A stretch of DNA of 63,145 bases, the filler included, from Octopus bimaculoides (Eukaryota), in the NCBI RefSeq assembly GCF_001194135.2. It is 6 parts of 5 records of this genome, joined end to end, with 100 filler letters (N's around TTAATTAATTAA, not from the genome) between each part and the next. Parts side by side here need not be neighbours in the genome. Positions count along the whole stretch, not along the records: positions 24,214 to 35,728 come from NC_068992.1; positions 35,829 to 50,418 come from NC_068992.1; 4 more parts are not named here. One strand, 5' to 3'. Position numbers and translations under genes: made by a program. How positions within the stretch are numbered: the first letter of the stretch is position 1; the number at the start of each line of letters is the position of its first letter. Positions 25,775-39,600 of this stretch are shown piece by piece. The notes beneath the pieces are model-generated. The model saw only the letters and a program-made list of their open reading frames with translations. It was not told the DNA's origin and ran no database searches.

Positions 25775-26538
25775 TGTGTGTGTATGTGTGTATGTGTGTG
25801 TGTGTGTGTATGTATGCGTGTGTGTGTGTGTGTGTGTGAGAGACACAGAGAGAACGAAGAAAGAGAGGAGTAGAGCATTGTAATATTTTTCGTTTACATA
25901 CATTCACAAAAGTCTCTATATCTTACCGTTCCAAACTGACCAAATAAACGTCAGTTACAGCGAATCTTCCAGATTAAATACTCTTTCAGCAAGGATCATC
26001 TCGTAATATCACAAGAGGAAGAAAAATTCCTCCATCGCTAACACTATCAATATATATCTCTCTATCTACGGATTTTGCCAGAAGCAGCTGTGGGATTACA
26101 ATGCAAAGTAAAGATGTTTATCGTTGCTTCTGAAGAAGATCAAAGTCTTCACAAGAATTTCAAGAAATATTGCTGACGCGAAATATTTGGTTCTGAAGTA
26201 AGGGTGTCGGTGAAGAGCATTTTTGAATAAACGCTAAACTATGAATATTATTAATATTTTCACAACAAAATCTGTTTATTATGTATGTATGTAAATATCT
26301 ATCTATCACACACACATGTATGTATGTATGTTTGCATCAACCATCCTACGTATTCATCTATCTATCACTCTGCATGTCTCCCTGCCTATCTATTTGTCTA
26401 CACAGCTGTTTGGTTACCTCCCATCAGAGAAACTTGCAGTATATTACTTTCTCTGTATGTATGTGGGCATCTCTTTTGCCGAACTGCTAAGTTACGGGCA
26501 CGTAAGCACACTAACATCGGAAGTCAGACACACACATA

Positions 26539-26693
26539 TACGACGGGCCTCTTTCAATTCCCGTCTAGCAAATCCGCTCACAAGGATTTAATGGGCCCAA
26601 AGCTATAGAAGAAGACATTTGCTCAAGGTGCTACGCAGTGGGATTGAAACCGGAATCATGTGGTTTGGAAGCAAGAGACTTACCACATAGCCA
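26539..26693 (-). mobile_element. tRNA-derived SINE family A
   Basis: Matches 13359-13515. Confidence 0.85.
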
Positions 26694-27756
26694 CTGCAAT
26701 ACCTATAATATATAACATACATATACACACACACACATATTTCTTGTCATTAATATCATCAAACAAACTTAAAATATATAACACTGTAAATACCAAATGA
26801 GATTAATTTCGATAAACAACATGGAAGCATGTCATAATTAATGACTTGGCTCTTGTCTGTGCCAGAAATTAGGCATCCATTCACCAACAAAACATTCTTA
26901 CATATTTCATTACAAACACCTTACAGATTATGTGTTATTTTTGATACTAGATACATAGATAAACATGTACTCAGACGCAAACAAACAGATACACACAAAA
27001 CAGAACACACACATGTAGATACGTATGTATATACATACATGAATATATATATNNNNNNNNNNNNNNNNNNNNNNNNNNNNNNNNNNNNNNNNNNNNNNNN
27101 NNNNNNNNNNNNNNNNNNNNNNNNNNNNNNNNNNNNNNNNNNNNNNNNNNNNATATATATATATATATATTAGAAAATGTTAAATCTAAAGATATCCTTA
27201 ACGAGTATGCTATAACCACATATATAATCGTTACGGAAATTAATAATTTAGTGTAAGATTTACCCCTATCTATACAAATATAAATTACCTTTTCTTATGT
27301 TAAACTTAAGTTAATAGTGTTTATAAAATTATTGAGTAAAAACCATTATATACGTCAGAAATTTAGCGAATAAACCTAGTAAAAATTCTAGTAAAAAACA
27401 TAACAAAAGAAGTATCCTTATCGACATAATACTTACTCCTTCTCATTCCTGTGTAAGTGGCTGCTCCCTCTGTCATACTCCAAGTATTATGGGAATAAAA
27501 TAAATACTCTGGAATATTCTCTAGGACTAATAATAGTATAGAGGTTGAATACAAGGGGAGATAATAACTAGGATTAATGTTATGCCTTTAAATCTAGCTT
27601 AACTAGATTTTTTTTACAGTGATTTAGAGATTTATGTTAGATTAAATGTGGCCTGTCTATTTCTTTCAAGGTAATCTTCTTCAACAAATTCTTGGTCCTG
27701 ATAAACTGGAATACTTATTGCGTAAGATTAAAAGGAATATTTGTATGTACATCTAA

Positions 27757-27789
<33 letters not shown>

Positions 27790-28705
27790 TATATNNNNNN
27801 NNNNNNNNNNNNNNNNNNNNNNNNNNNNNNNNNNNNNNNNNNNNNNNNNNNNNNNNNNNNNNNNNNNNNNNNNNNNNNNNNNNNNNNNNNNNNNNNNNNN
27901 NNNNNNNNNNNNNNNNNNNNNNNNNNNNNNNNNNNNNNNNNNNNNNNNNNNNNNNNNNNNNNNNNNNNNNNNNNNNNNNNNNNNNNNNNNNNNNNNNNNN
28001 NNNNNNNNNNNNNNNNNNNNNNNNNNNNNNNNNNNNNNNNNNNNNNNNNNNNNNNNNNNNNNNNNNNNNNNNNNNNNNNNNNNNNNNNNNNNNNNNNNNN
28101 NNNNNNNNNNNNNNNNNNNNNNNNNNNNNNNNNNNNNNNNNNNNNNNNNNNNNNNNNNNNNNNNNNNNNNNNNNNNNNNNNNNNNNNNNNNNNNNNNNNN
28201 NNNNNNNNNNNNNNNNNNNNNNNNNNNNNNNNNNNNNNNNNNNNNNNNNNNNNNNNNNNNNNNNNNNNNNNNNNNNNNNNNNNNNNNNNNNNNNNNNNNN
28301 NNNNNNNNNNNNNNNNNNNNNNNNNNNNNNNNNNNNNNNNNNNNNNNNNNNNNNNNNNNNNNNNNNNNNNNNNNNNNNNNNNNNNNNNNNNNNNNNNNNN
28401 NNNNNNNNNNNNNNNNNNNNNNNNNNNNNNNNNNNNNNNNNNNNNNNNNNNNNNNNNNNNNNNNNNNNNNNNNNNNNNNNNNNNNNNNNNNNNNNNNNNN
28501 NNNNNNNNNNNNNNNNNNNNNNNNNNNNNNNNNNNNNNNNNNNNNNNNNNNNNNNNNNNNNNNNNNNNNNNNNNNNNNNNNNNNNNNNNNNNNNNNNNNN
28601 NNNNNNNNNNNNNNNNNNNNNNNNNNNNNNNNNNNNNNNNNNNNNNNNNNNNNNNNNNNNNNNNNNTATATATATATATATATATATATATTTAAACATA
28701 ATTAA

Positions 28706-29312
28706 TGGATCAGCAACAGTTGCTTCACTACATACCGAAGTTCAGAAATAGCAGCTAAAGTGCTAAAAATCCAGTAGATAGCAGTACTTGCAACTCACAA
28801 AGGCAAAACAAGAAGAAAAGATAATGAACCTAACCAGTCTTACTAAAACTGCTTAGGTTCGTTATCTTTTCTTCTTCTGCCCTATATCTATATATTGATG
28901 GTCTTCTCTCGGATGGTTAAACTGCAGTCTTTTCTGCGGGACTATTTGTGACGCACATGGGATAATTTTGAGGAGGGATACCGAACTCACTAGTCGATAA
29001 ATTTGTGGTTGTTTTTTCTTATTTGACATTTGATGTCGCATGGTCAAATATGCATGAGTATATTAGCCTTTTCAGATTTATTTTGTATATCATGCTGATG
29101 AGTGGAAAAGAATTTTATATTCTAATCACGAAACGTCGTACATGATTAACCAACTGCAGGTTTGTTTTCGTCTTATTTTCTCTTCTGTTTTGTTCTATGT
29201 GTGCCATAAATATCGCCATCCGTTGGAGAAAAAATTGCAGTTAGAATTAGTAGTTCTTTGACTGCTATTTCTAAATTTTCAGTATGTTGGTAAAGTAAAT
29301 CATGCTGATCCC
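28706..29312. mobile_element. Older copy of the TTAA-flanked Kolobok-like MITE
   Basis: Same termini (GGATCAGCAAC / GCTGATCCC), similar length (~607 bp) and a homologous interior (TTCTGCGG...GACGCACATGG) to 24244-24846. Confidence 0.8.
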
Positions 29313-29424
29313 TATATGTTTATAATTATAAATGGTTTACCGATAAAGGTTTTTTGCATACTGAACTACTTGGCAAAATTGTTGATTATTAATTTTATAA
29401 ACGAATTGGCAATTCTCTGCCCTA

Positions 29425-29463
<39 letters not shown>

Positions 29464-29464
29464 A

Positions 29465-29499
<35 letters not shown>

Positions 29500-30402
29500 A
29501 TATCTATCTATCTATCTATCTATCTATGTATCTATCTATCTGTCTATCTATATATATNNNNNNNNNNNNNNNNNNNNNNNNNNNNNNNNNNNNNNNNNNN
29601 NNNNNNNNNNNNNNNNNNNNNNNNNNNNNNNNNNNNNNNNNNNNNNNNNNNNNNNNNNNNNNNNNNNNNNNNNNNNNNNNNNNNNNNNNNNNNNNNNNNN
29701 NNNNNNNNNNNNNNNNNNNNNNNNNNNNNNNNNNNNNNNNNNNNNNNNNNNNNNNNNNNNNNNNNNNNNNNNNNNNNNNNNNNNNNNNNNNNNNNNNNNN
29801 NNNNNNNNNNNNNNNNNNNNNNNNNNNNNNNNNNNNNNNNNNNNNNNNNNNNNNNNNNNNNNNNNNNNNNNNNNNNNNNNNNNNNNNNNNNNNNNNNNNN
29901 NNNNNNNNNNNNNNNNNNNNNNNNNNNNNNNNNNNNNNNNNNNNNNNNNNNNNNNNNNNNNNNNNNNNNNNNNNNNNNNNNNNNNNNNNNNNNNNNNNNN
30001 NNNNNNNNNNNNNNNNNNNNNNNNNNNNNNNNNNNNNNNNNNNNNNNNNNNNNNNNNNNNNNNNNNNNNNNNNNNNNNNNNNNNNNNNNNNNNNNNNNNN
30101 NNNNNNNNNNNNNNNNNNNNNNNNNNNNNNNNNNNNNNNNNNNNNNNNNNNNNNNNNNNNNNNNNNNNNNNNNNNNNNNNNNNNNNNNNNNNNNNNNNNN
30201 NNNNNNNNNNNNNNNNNNNNNNNNNNNNNNNNNNNNNNNNNNNNNNNNNNNNNNNNNNNNNNNNNNNNNNNNNNNNNNNNNNNNNNNNNNNNNNNNNNNN
30301 NNNNNNNNNNNNNNNNNNNNNNNNNNNNNNNNNNNNNNNNNNNNNNNNNNNNNNNNNNNNNNNNNNNNNNNNNNNNNNNNNNNNNNNNNNNNNNNNNNNN
30401 NN

Positions 30403-30433
<31 letters not shown>

Positions 30434-32253
30434 GTATGCATACTTACAGATATATATATATACATACATACTTACATATACATATATATGTTTACATACA
30501 TATATATATGACTACATACTTACATATAGATATATGTATACATACTTACATATTGATATACGTTTACATACTTACATATACATATGCCTACATATATATG
30601 GATGTGTCCCCACTTCATCCTACGTGGATATCCCCTCACGGCTATCCACACCGCCCTTTCCCAGAGCACGTTCAGTGGACCGTGCATGTACTCTTTCCCC
30701 GGAATCCGCCCCGCCATCTCGCGCCTCCCGTTTCCTCTCCCCTACCACCCTACCAATCTACCTCTGCAACGCACCATTCTCCGAGCGCTCCGCTTCGCAC
30801 ATCTACCATAACCGACCCCTCCCGTCCTTTACACGAGCCCCCGAATTACGAGACCTCTTTGTCCACAGCTACTTCCCTAAACCACCTCCCAACCCTGCTC
30901 TTTACCCTTCTCCCGCCTACGCTGTCGCACTTGCTCTTACCTCTCCAACACATCCCTCTTCACCGGTACCCACCATCGACCCTATCACATCTCCGGCTCC
31001 TTCACCTGCATTTCTACCAATGTCATCCACGGCATCTCCTGCTCTGTCTGTCCTTCTCTATATATTGGGCAAACGGGACGCTGCTTGGCTGACCGGTTCG
31101 CCGAACACCTGCGAGGCATCCGATTCGATAATGACACTCCAGTGTCGCGCCATTTCCGCTCTACTGGTCACTCTTTGAATCATCATCCGTTTGCGCCGTG
31201 AATAGGGATTAATATTCTCTCGTCGCTCCTTTGTGTCACATGGGCTCAACTCTCCTCTCCTCTTCATCTAAATTCCCCCCTCTCCTCTCTCACTCTCACA
31301 TCTCCCTCGCACCACCCACCTTTCCTCTCTTGCTNNNNNNNNNNNNNNNNNNNNNNNNNNNNNNNNNNNNNNNNNNNNNNNNNNNNNNNNNNNNNNNNNN
31401 NNNNNNNNNNNNNNNNNNNNNNNNNNNNNNNNNNNNNNNNNNNNNNNNNNNNNNNNNNNNNNNNNNNNNNNNNNNNNNNNNNNNNNNNNNNNNNNNNNNN
31501 NNNNNNNNNNNNNNNNNNNNNNNNNNNNNNNNNNNNNNNNNNNNNNNNNNNNNNNNNNNNNNNNNNNNNNNNNNNNNNNNNNNNNNNNNNNNNNNNNNNN
31601 NNNNNNNNNNNNNNNNNNNNNNNNNNNNNNNNNNNNNNNNNNNNNNNNNNNNNNNNNNNNNNNNNNNNNNNNNNNNNNNNNNNNNNNNNNNNNNNNNNNN
31701 NNNNNNNNNNNNNNNNNNNNNNNNNNNNNNNNNNNNNNNNNNNNNNNNNNNNNNNNNNNNNNNNNNNNNNNNNNNNNNNNNNNNNNNNNNNNNCCCCTTT
31801 CACCCACTCCCATATACACCACCTGTACCCCCATCTGCCTACCCAAATACCACACCTCTACCCCACCATCAGCCTAACTCACACCCCACCCTTGCTTTCA
31901 CCACTGTCGGCTTCCTTACTTCCCATCACCATCACACTACAACACACACCACTACACCAAACACCACCATACCACACACCACATCACGTCCTCACACCAT
32001 CACGCACGCACTAGCACTGACCACTTCCCAGCCTCATATCTTCACACCTACACATACACACACGCACACGTCAAGATCACCAGCCCTCTTCCACACGGAC
32101 ATACATACTCTATTATGCACACGCACGCGCCCCTTCGTTTTGGGATCACTACTACATTATTATCTCCCCTTCTTCCTAGTTCTCCTGTGTGGCACTTCAG
32201 TGCGTCATTTGCCACTACACATTCTTTATTTTATCTCCTTGTTTCTTTCCGTG

Positions 32254-32294
32254 TTCCTTTCTATGGAAGAGAGTAGGCTCGAAACATTAAATAC
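32254..32294 (+). ncRNA. Degenerate minimal hammerhead ribozyme motif (pLTR copy 1)
   Basis: TTCCTTT CTATGGAA GAGA-GTAG-GCTC GAAAC ATT AAATAC. Confidence 0.5.
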
Positions 32295-32411
32295 TTTTTC
32301 ATCTCCCGAGCGTCAAGCTAATACATCTGTTTGTTGTCTACACCAGCCGCTAACCACTACACACATATTTTTCTCTCCCGGTTTCTCTCCTTGTTTCTTT
32401 CTGTGACTGTG

Positions 32412-32452
32412 TTCCTTTATGTGGAAGAGCGTAGGCTCGAAACGCTAAAGGA
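32412..32452 (+). ncRNA. Degenerate minimal hammerhead ribozyme motif (pLTR copy 2)
   Basis: Stem I is TCCTTT/AAAGGA and stem II is GAGC-GTAG-GCTC, followed by GAAAC. The CUGA core is mutated. Confidence 0.6.
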
Positions 32453-32539
32453 TTTTTCAATTCCTGAGCGTTATACTAATACATCTGTTTGATTTCTACA
32501 CCACCTGTCGTCGCCTGTTTTATTTTTGTGAATTCTCCA

Positions 32540-32581
<42 letters not shown>

Positions 32582-32600
32582 ATATACACATATATAAATA

Positions 32601-32649
<49 letters not shown>

Positions 32650-32820
32650 GTGTATGTGAGTTTGTGTGCATGTCTCTACATAGGAAATACAAGCAGATGC
32701 TTTCTTTCATTTTGAAATGGTTGATTTTATTGTCCGATAATAATTAGGAAAACGTCGATCAGCTATTTGTGATTTCATGAAGAATATTTTTTACAACGAA
32801 TCTAAAATCATTATTTGAGC

Positions 32821-32871
<51 letters not shown>

Positions 32872-33089
32872 CATATGTTTGTATATTCACACGTGTGTAT
32901 ACACACACACAAACATATGTATATTTGCACATATATGTAAATGCTTAAAAAACTCTATTATTCCGTTACAAAATTTCTATTCGACATAGAAGGTGCAGTT
33001 GAGCCAAAGCGTATTGTCTATAGCCACGTTAATGTGACTGTTCTGTAAGAGACATCTACTCCAGCTGGTTTATTGAGTGCACATTTTTC

Positions 33090-33300
33090 AATTGATATTC
33101 ATTGCAAGCGGTAGATAACTCCTGCACCCCTAACTCGGAGACAATCAGACCACGTCGTTTCTATCTGTATTAGAACTCCTTGGTGGTGGGTATTCGCTCG
33201 TCAGGCATGGCAGTTTATCGGCGCTTGCATAATATAGATTATACAGTGTCATGCAACATCTGATTCCGTCTTCGTGTGCTTTAAAGCGCAATATCGCCGT
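33090..33300 (-). repeat. Repeat with a hammerhead-like core (copy 1)
   Basis: The minus strand reads CTGACGAG-(35 nt)-GAAAC GACGTG GTC at 33204-33148. Confidence 0.65.
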
Positions 33301-33409
33301 CTCTTAGACGGAATCCATATTAAAGTTGTTATAAACAATACTTTTTTGGTTCTTATACTGCATTTCTTTCGAACAGAGATTTTCTATCGGACTAGTTTCT
33401 TAGTTACAA

Positions 33410-33590
33410 CATCAGTGATTGTATGACACTGTATATTCTATATTCTGCAAGCCTGGACAAAATGCTGACATGTCCAGTGAGCGAGTAACCACCTCCAAGG
33501 AGATCCAACACAGATCGAAACCACGGCGTCCGGTGTACCCAGAGCTAGGGTGGCAGGAATTATCTCCCGCTTGTAATAAATTTCGAGTGC
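33410..33590 (+). repeat. Inverted diverged copy 2 of the same repeat
   Basis: About 70% similar to copy 1. Reads CCAGTGAG...GATC GAAAC CACGGC GTC. Confidence 0.65.
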
Positions 33591-33741
33591 GAGACGTCCA
33601 CTGAATAAACCAGCGGAAGATAACTTTCCGGGGTTAAATGGCTGTATCGTCCTCTCTTAGAGGACAGCCACATTAAGTTGACTATAAAGAATTCTGTTAT
33701 TACCTTCGAAATTTTTCTCAGGTAAAATCCGCCCCATCATG

Positions 33742-33795
<54 letters not shown>

Positions 33796-33799
33796 AATG

Positions 33800-33925
33800 G
33801 CACAGTAGTTAGGATACACATGTCTGTGGAGTGCTCAGCCAATTGCACGTTAATTTCACGAGCAGGCTGTTCCGTTGATCGGATGAACCTGAACCCCCGT
33901 CGACGTAACTGACGGAGTGCTACGA
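33800..33925 (+). mobile_element. 3' half of SINE family D
   Basis: GTCTGTGGAGTGCTCAG...GTTAATTTCACGAGCAGGCTGTT matches 7030-7170(-). Confidence 0.75.
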
Positions 33926-34580
33926 TATGTATATATATATATAATATTTAACCATAATTTTTTATTTGTATGCACTATTAACTTATTTTCAACCATGTGT
34001 GTGTGTGTCTCTGGTGTTGTTGCCGTCTTTCTCGTTTAGCAAACCTTATGAAAAACGCTCTTCTATTCATATCTTTATCATGTTTTCTTTTATTTTTTAG
34101 TAATAATAAAGTAACACTGTCCACATTATCTAATATTCTTCTTTCTCTTAACCGATAGTTACATGTTTTAAGCTAGATTTTATTGGGTATATTTAATAGC
34201 TAGGTAGTCCACATAGAAACTCCTGCATATGAAAATCAGACGGATTTCACCTGGGAAGAATTGCGAAAACAATAACAGAATCATTTTAGCAATTATAACC
34301 ACAGAATTAACCTCTGATTTTATAAAAATAGTATTCAAAATACTATCAAGTTTAGGAGAGGCGGAGATGGCGATGTGCCAACATTCTTGCCTAAACAGCC
34401 GACAGGTATTTGCAAAAGACTTTAACAGTTTGGTGAGAGAGTGATATATAATACCAATATGGCCGACCATGGAAAATATAGCATTATTTTATCTTTACTT
34501 ATATTTTCCTTCTGTGTGACGGCAGACCTCACTCATCCTGCATATTGAAATATCGATATAGTAACTACTTTAAAAAACCT

Positions 34581-34702
<122 letters not shown>

Positions 34703-34744
34703 TGTGTGTGCATACCTACATATATATGTATATATACATGCATA

Positions 34745-35000
34745 TATGGGTACAGGACATAAAAAACGTGAATAAATAGAGAAACGAGACAAGCAACACG
34801 CAGATTGAATATTAGGTGGTGTTCCAGCTTGGGTGAAATCAAATGACTCAGTTGTCCCTATCTGTATTAGATCTCCTTGATGGTGTGTATTCGCTCGTCG
34901 GGCATGGCGGTTTAACCACGCTTGCATAATATAGATTATACAGTGTCATGTAACCACAGAATCCATCTTCCTGTGCTTTAAAGCGCAATATAGCTGTCCA
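34745..35000 (-). repeat. Copy 3 of the hammerhead-like repeat, ending in the GTCCTGTACCC tail shared with 9031-9210
   Basis: Clear alignment to 33160-33295 (CATGACACTGTATAATCTATATTATGCAAG...CGACGAGCGAATAC). Confidence 0.7.
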
Positions 35001-36254
35001 CGTTTCGAAGATGGGGACAAACGCGACCACAAAGCAAATTCAATAAAATTTGGGATTTTTTGTGGAGGGTTAAAGTGGTGACAAAAACAGGACAGTAAGA
35101 ACAAAACAGTAAAAAGAAACAGTGAAGGCTGTTAAGCCAAGACGATGTGAAGTGGTGAACGCTAGAAAAACGAGCTTTGAGAAGAGAAAAGTAAAAGCAC
35201 GTCTTATGTTTAGGAAGAAGTGGAAGAAAGAAAGATGGATAGCCGCTGGACACGTGTGAGCAACGAGAGAGAGAGAGGGGAGGGAACGGTGAAGGGGAGA
35301 GAAGAATTGGGAAAGGGTGGGAAACAAAAACAAAAACAGAAACGAGGAAGAACAAGTAAGGGAGATAGATCGAAAGAATAGAGATACAATAAGAGTGTGC
35401 ATCGTAAAACTTAATAACTACAATAACTACAAAATCATGATCTATAATTCAGTCTGTTTTTAAGGGGCTCGCTTTGCGAGTTGCATTTCCTCGCGTTCGG
35501 TAAAAATGTGTTTTTTATGGTAGTCTGACATTAGAGTCCCCCATAGCTTGAGGCATTATTGTGTAGTAATGCCCTTATATAAATAATTAATTCATATATA
35601 TATGTATATGTATATATATATATATGTGTATATGTATATACATATGTATATATATATGTGTATATATATATGAGTATATATTTGTGTATATATATGTACA
35701 TATGTATATATATACGTATATATATATANNNNNNNNNNNNNNNNNNNNNNNNNNNNNNNNNNNNNNNNNNNNTTAATTAATTAANNNNNNNNNNNNNNNN
35801 NNNNNNNNNNNNNNNNNNNNNNNNNNNNATATATAAATATATATATAAATATATATAAATATATATATATATAAATATATATATATATATCTGCATGCAA
35901 ATGTACATAAATACATACATGGACATACATATATACATATATATATGTGTTCACACGTGCGCATATAAACATGCACATACATATACTCACACAAACACAC
36001 ACACTCACAAAAACACATACATACACACACAAATAGCTAGCTAGCTGGGTAGATAGCTGGAATAACACATATGCCCATACGCACACCCTGAAGGACATGT
36101 ATTTGCATACGCAAATTTGTGAAAATTTACGTCAATAAAACAACTCACCTGAACACATCGGTCTCGTAATATCTATGCTTATAAAAATAAAAGACATGCA
36201 ACAACAATACTAACACTTACACACACACACACACACACACATACACACACACAC

Positions 36255-36302
<48 letters not shown>

Positions 36303-36571
36303 TTTTACTTGTTTCAGTCATTTGACTGATGCCGTGCTGGAGCATCACCATTATTCGAACAAATCGTCCCCAGGACTTATTCTTTGTAAGCCTAGTGCTT
36401 ATTCTATCGCTCTCTTTTGCTGAAATGCTAAGATACGGGGACAGAAGCACACCAACATCAGTTGTCAATAGGTGGTAAGGGGACGAGCACAAACACGCAA
36501 ATAGATACATACTTACTTACAAACACACATACACACATACACACACACACATACATACACACATATATATA

Positions 36572-36728
36572 TACGATGGGCTTCTTTCAGTTTCCGTCTA
36601 CCAAATCCAGTCACAAGGCTTTGGTCGGCCCGAGTCTATAGTATAAGAACCTTGCCGAAGGTGCAACACAGTGAGACTGAACCTGGAAACATGTCATTGG
36701 GCAGCAAGCGTCTGACCACACAACCACT
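36572..36728 (-). mobile_element. tRNA-derived SINE family A
   Basis: Matches 13359-13515. Confidence 0.82.
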
Positions 36729-36769
36729 CCTGCTCATATACATATATATATATATATATATGATACGCG

Positions 36770-36960
36770 GTTTGATGTCAGTATACTTCAGGTTGCCACC
36801 AAAAAGATATACATATTCGCCTGTACATAATGTATGTTTGGTGTCTGCTTTGACACGTACATAGTAATGAAATTGCTAGGGAAGTCTCTAAGCTTTGATG
36901 CCTTTATTCGTAACCGCGTTTACAAACTTAGATGAGTATTTTGCTTCACGTGTTATCAGA
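36770..36960 (-). pseudogene. FN3-like remnant
   Basis: NKGIKA*RLP*QFHYYVRVKADTKHTLC shows the FN3 pattern LxPxxxYxVRVxA with two in-frame stops. Confidence 0.45.
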
Positions 36961-39600
36961 TTCGGCGTACATAATAGTCAGGTAGTTCACACACACTTAT
37001 GCTCAAAGACACAAAGATACATGCGTATTTATAGTTATATACATATGTGTTTGTGCATGTACGCGTGCATATGTGTACATGTTGTATCGACGTGTACATA
37101 TATATGGGTGTAAAAGTAAATATGTGCATACATAGATACATTNNNNNNNNNNNNNNNNNNNNNNNNNNNNNNNNNNNNNNNNNNNNNNNNNNNNNNNNNN
37201 NNNNNNNNNNNNNNNNNNNNNNNNNNNNNNNNNNNNNNNNNNNNNNNNNNNNNNNNNNNNNNNNNNNNNNNNNNNNNNTATATACGTACAAACTTATGCA
37301 CTTACACACATACATACGTAAATACATTCATACTTATTCGTATGTGAAAGAGGAGAAAGTTTATGGAAAACATGCTGACCAGCTACCAGAAATAAAACAC
37401 GTATATATATTGTTATGTCGTTCCTGACTAAACAAATCCAATGAAATAAGCTATGATACGAATAGTGTTTCCATTATTTTTACTTATTTCCTGGTTCGGC
37501 CTAGCATTCACGGTACAACACACCATTTAATGTCATGAAATAAAAACACGGCAACTCCCAATTATCGAATAACTGTGAACAAATATTATTTGGAAAATAC
37601 AATATTACAGGGAGTGAACAGCTATACCAGTACATTCGGCCGACAGTTATTTCGCTTTTACTTTCTGAGAAATGTGGCGCTTTGTGCCGAAGTAAGAGAT
37701 CGATATTATTTTCTAAGTATAATCCAGCTGAAATGTGATCGGTTTAGGCACTCGATTTGTTATTTTACTTTAGCTGGTGTTGGGGTGCTGCTGTTGAGAT
37801 TACAAATGGAGCTTTTCCTATTTAAAGAATAGATTGTATGTTGTTGCAACAAAAGACGTAAAGAAAGAGTATATTTGTGGATCGTTGTTTGAACTGTGTC
37901 CGTAATTCAATCACCCCGATGTATGCGCATCGGGGATAATCCCGATTACGTGTTAATCTAAATGTAGTGATACACTATTAAAGCCCAAATTCATCGGTAC
38001 TCTGAAGCAGTAATCGAGTATGTTTGATCTAGTTTCTGAATAAAATAGTGTCTGACGAATGTTGATGCGTGATACTACTAGGAGATATCATGAGTTGTTG
38101 CGAGATTTGGCTCTTTCAGAACATAATACATTTCTTTTGTTAAGTGGATACAGTAGAAGACAATAGCAGACTGAACTCCTTTCTTTATGTTTAATGAGTG
38201 TGTGTTCGTGGTAATTAAGACGTTTATGGTGTCATCTCTCCATAAAATGCAGGAGGCAAAAAGTATGACAAGACGTTTAAATTTAGGATTAAATGAAACT
38301 CATCTATGTATGAATCCATGTAGCAGTCTGGGAACAGGAACGAAACCAGGAAATCTAATAGTAAAACACTAATTGAAAAGTAGCTAGAATTTTTCCATGC
38401 GTGTATCTACACGCTGATATCCGGTGAAGCAACATTTCCTTTCCATGGATATTTTAAAATCGAGAGCTTCGTGTCATTTGACTTACGCGAGAAATTACAG
38501 CTGCAGGAACACGAATACTAGTGAGAGATCATGGTAGGAGGGAAGGAAAGTTGAATGTGTTTTTCAAAGGTGGATTCAACGTTTTACACCCCCAGTTGCA
38601 CAGTGATTTACATGAGTAGAATACTGAAATCAATGGTAATAACACATTCTCTCCATTGACATTTTTCAAATTTATGTCTGCTGCATCATGTTCACAGAGC
38701 GTAATTTTTTTACTACATATAAAGATGTAGTGAAATATATAACCGTCACAGTTCCTTATATGACTCACGTTCTGTAATACAGAAGCAGAAATATTCAAGT
38801 TAAACTGGATTTGGCATTACTTGGCATTAAACTGATTCTTTTCTCCCATCAATAACACTAAATTATACAACTTACATTAATAACTGGAAACAATTTAAAA
38901 GAGTTGGCAAAACATACTATTAGCGGAAATTTGTAAGAGCATTATTACAGATGACTTAGTGAATTAAACAATTGACATCATTTTAACTGCATTCCAGCTA
39001 ATAAAATAGCGGCAAAATTACGGTAATATTTGCAAAATACATCGGTAACATGGAGAAATAAATTATGGTCAATGAGAATACCAACCAAATTTAGAATAGC
39101 TGCAACAGGTGGGTTTGGTGTTAAGAGAGCATCAAGCGCTACTCCCCAAACCGAGGGCTTGGCTGATTTCTACCGCCAGTTGTTTAAATTTTATTGCGTA
39201 TTTTCATCTGATCTGAGGGAAGAAATTGCTAAGTTCTAAAAGAATGTTTTATGAATTGATATGACGCACAGATTAGATTAACCATTTAGAAGGTTGAGAG
39301 TCTGGGCCAGGACAAATGAATGTCAAGTAACTAATTTATTTATAATGAACATCTTTTTTACTTTACAGTAAAATGATATAAAATAGTTCAAATAGAACAC
39401 CTGCATATAGATGAAAAACACACAAAATCTGGTCATTCCTTCAGTCACTAGTACTGTGATATATTTGACTTGAAATTTCTTTTCTATAAAATTCATTTCC
39501 CGTTTAATTTAATCAAACAATTTCTGGATATTTTGTTTGACGTTAGTTTTAGTGATAAAAAGTCTCCTTGCTGATGTTTTTTCGACATCGCTCCTCTCTT

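Larger units (their letters stand above)
30597..32520 (+). mobile_element. 5'-truncated Penelope-like retroelement: RT C-terminus, GIY-YIG endonuclease and tandem pLTR
   Basis: HFILRGYP...RLPFPLPYHPTNL. At 30986-31180: HISGSFTCISTNVIHGISCSVCPSLYIGQTGRCLADRFAEHLRGIRFDNDTPVSRHFRSTGHSLN. A 158-bp-period tandem repeat lies at 32240-32510. Confidence 0.88.

Noticed and set aside
33222-33249. Resemblance to the bacterial dif site (ATAATCTATATTATG versus ATAATGTATATTATG), also at ~34925
   Set aside because: The match is AT-only in an AT-rich genome, the outer XerC/D arms do not match, copy 2 breaks the symmetry, and there is no recombinase nearby.
37914-37935. 8-bp GC hairpin CCCCGATG/CATCGGGG
   Set aside because: Too short, with no U tract or other context.
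38529-38798. Ankyrin-like reading ADINLKNVNGENVL
   Set aside because: The TPLH motif is missing and the spacing is ~30 rather than 33 aa. A single loose match is not enough.
39030-39239. FN3-like reading TKFRIAATGGFG in a plus-strand ORF
   Set aside because: The downstream part looks like a dispersed repeat, and it lies opposite the neighbouring minus-strand fragments. Probably chance.
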